A stretch of DNA of 64,000 nt, from positions 62,001 to 126,000 of the forward strand of contig NW_020847063.1 in NCBI RefSeq assembly GCF_003704095.1, written 5' to 3'. Made by a program: the position numbers and the translations under genes. Shown here piece by piece: positions 61,786 to 64,000 of the stretch. The notes under the pieces were generated by a model. It was not told the DNA's origin. It made no database searches and worked only from the letters and a program-made list of their open reading frames with translations. Source of the stretch: Pocillopora damicornis (lineage: Eukaryota). Numbering within the stretch: position 1 is the first letter of the stretch; each line of letters opens with the position of its first letter.

Positions 61786-63795
61786 TCACACATAGGTTCT
61801 ACTGGTTACAAAGGTGACTTGTTCCTCTCCAGAGCATAAGCAAACTCCTGGGAATACCTCTTTGCCACGCAACCCTTTTGAAAAAGCTACCCCCAGTTCC
61901 TTTCCATTCTTCATAAAACCAAGTGTTCCTTTATCTAAATCAAGAATAATTCCTATCATATCCCAGGTGTGGTAGCTTTCATTTCGCTTTCCATCCATAG
62001 CTTCCCAGATAGGAACATCAAAGGTTAGAAACCCAATTTGATTGTAAGCCCAGCCTATTTTTCTGCCAATCGCTGGCATTGTTCTGAATGCTCTGGCCTT
62101 CTTAAATTCTGCTGTTACAAGACAAACTGCCACTTGGCCTCGGCAATTGTTAAAGTAGAACACCCACTCATGTTTACCAGAAGTGTAACCATGACCACCG
62201 GGGGTAAGAATCAAAGTTGTGCTGTAGCCATTTCCTGGAAGAAAAGAAGAAACAATAGAATCAAAGTGTCAAATTTATTGGAAGGAAACAATTGTCATGA
62301 GAAGTACACAAATGGAGTACCTTTGAGCTTAAACATGGCACTATACAACAATAAGACTTTGCAAAGGTTTAACACAGTCTACAATTTGCAGATTGACTTT
62401 TTTTTTTTCAATTTTGCAGACTGAAACAGATTTTTTGCTAATTGAGATCACTAAGAGTTCTGCTGGGAATATTTCTGCAATTTCCAGTTTTAAGAGTACA
62501 ACACTAACAAGAAATAAAAACTAATATTTTCAACTTTATCACATGAAGGGTTATCAAAAATTGCTCATGAGTAGAGTAATTACCTCATGATCACCCCTAA
62601 TGTTGATCATGAAGGTATTGAGATTTCAATTGATCATTTATTACAATCAGATTGCATAATTAAACTTCTCTCAATCATTCTGCAGTCCAAATCTCAAGTC
62701 TCAAGATCTAGGCTGACATTTTCATTAAGACTGGAGCAATTACACAATACAGAGCCACTTTTGAAGGAGCACATAATTATTCAGTGGCCTGTTTCCCATA
62801 TCAGTGGATAAAAGAATGAGGAATAATGAATTTACATATCATGTTAGTGGTTCCTTTGGCCCAGCAATGAATGAAAGAACAAGGAATAATAAATATGCAA
62901 GTCTTAATTGGGTCTATATATTCAGGTCGTTACAAATCAATAGAAATCGATCATTGGAAATTAATCAATTACTCAGTATTATTCCATAACTGTTAACCAT
63001 TAGCTACATATAATAAATGTCGATAATCATAAGATTTGGTCCCAGATTATCCATAATGTTGATTTACTCGGCCAAGAGAACAAATGACATCAAATCAACT
63101 AAGAATTGAGTAAGGGTTTTTGTCTTGATGTAAAAGTAAAAATATCAAGAACAGATACAAATTCCTGTTTCTTTTTTCTGCCTTTGGATATCCATCAGTC
63201 ATTTGTTCCTTGCTTTAGTCTCTGTCTTCTTCTTTGCCTTGATTCCTCTGACGAAATCCATGTTTTCGATATAAATCGATGGAAATTGCTTAAAATCAAA
63301 CTATCATTCCAAACAATGTTTTGGTCGAAAATCGATGATCACATATTGTACCTCCGCTATCGACCTTTATTGATTTTCGATTTCAATCGATTAATCAGTA
63401 TCGAAAATTATCGATTACAATCGATTCCATCGAGCATCGAAATTATCGATTTGTAACGTCCTGATATATTTAGTGAGTCGTCTGGCACGTTTGGTTCGGT
63501 AGTGTTAACAAAGGAACAAACGAGGCAAACGAGCTGACTCGTTCGGTAGACGGTTAAAAGTGGCCCTTTATTCAGCGTTAAACTAACCAGTAAAAGTGAT
63601 GGTTTCGTTATTGTTGGAGAAAACCACTTCATCGGAGCTACTGTTGGGGTCGAATGCAGCAGGTTCATCGTACTCCTTCAGCCATTCGATGACGTTTCGG
63701 GGAAGAGGCAGCCTTTGAAGAAGCTTTCTACTTCCCACGGAACGAATCAGCTCTCGACGACAAAGTTCTTGGAGACTTTCACAGCACTGAAACAT
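61786..63795 (-). CDS. SOCS-box + SPRY/B30.2 protein, two coding exons (63588-63795, 61786-62234), 218 aa
   Basis: Exon 1: SLQELCRRELIR..LQRLPLPRNVIEWL (BC box + LPxP cullin box) and the start of SPRY. Phase-1 GT-AG intron. Exon 2: GYTSGKHEW, DMIGIILDLDKGTLGFMKNGKELGVAF, VFPGVCL. Confidence 0.88.
62923..63463. mobile_element. Non-autonomous TIR DNA transposon (CAG termini; P- or hAT-like) in the SPRY-gene intron
   Basis: TIR caggtcgttacaaatcaata / tatcgatttgtaacgtcctg (18/20); ATATATT duplicated on both flanks; many subterminal ATCGA(T) repeats. Confidence 0.75.
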
Positions 63796-64000
63796 TCACG
63801 TTAAACTTTATCCTGTTGCATTAAACAAATCAAGCCGAAATCAAATGAGACGCAACTAACGCAACAAGTGTTTGTTTTCAAGAGGTTTTGTCTGTTTTGT
63901 TTTGTTTTTAATTTTCTTACTAGGTAACCTCTCCTGGAGGCTTGGATGTCAAGGTCTTGAGATGGCGGCTGTAAGTGCAGCCTGTGCTTCATCAAATCAA

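Overview
AT-rich animal genomic DNA with spliceosomal GT-AG introns and three 100-N scaffold gaps. Gene and repeat content suggests a cnidarian, probably a stony coral (inference). Positions 4.3-32 kb hold a tandem array of single-exon class A orphan GPCR genes: 7 intact ORFs and 3 pseudogenes on the minus strand, plus one inverted, internally deleted relic. Positions 35.9-57.0 kb (minus) hold a hand-assembled 25-exon, ~979-aa myotubularin-family pseudophosphatase (GRAM, dead PTP loop SYEDGMDRT, coiled coil, C-terminal PH domain resembling PHLDB/LL5, no DENN domain). It lies head-to-head, 391 bp apart, with an intronless methionine synthase reductase (MTRR). A two-exon gene at 61.8-63.8 kb encodes a SPRY protein whose SOCS box is N-terminal. 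Interspersed repeats include piggyBac-type MITEs, Penelope-derived foldbacks carrying hammerhead-ribozyme motifs, an Academ/RecQ-helicase relic, a Crypton-like relic, tRNA-derived SINEs and other TIR elements. All calls come from manual reading; no database searches were run.
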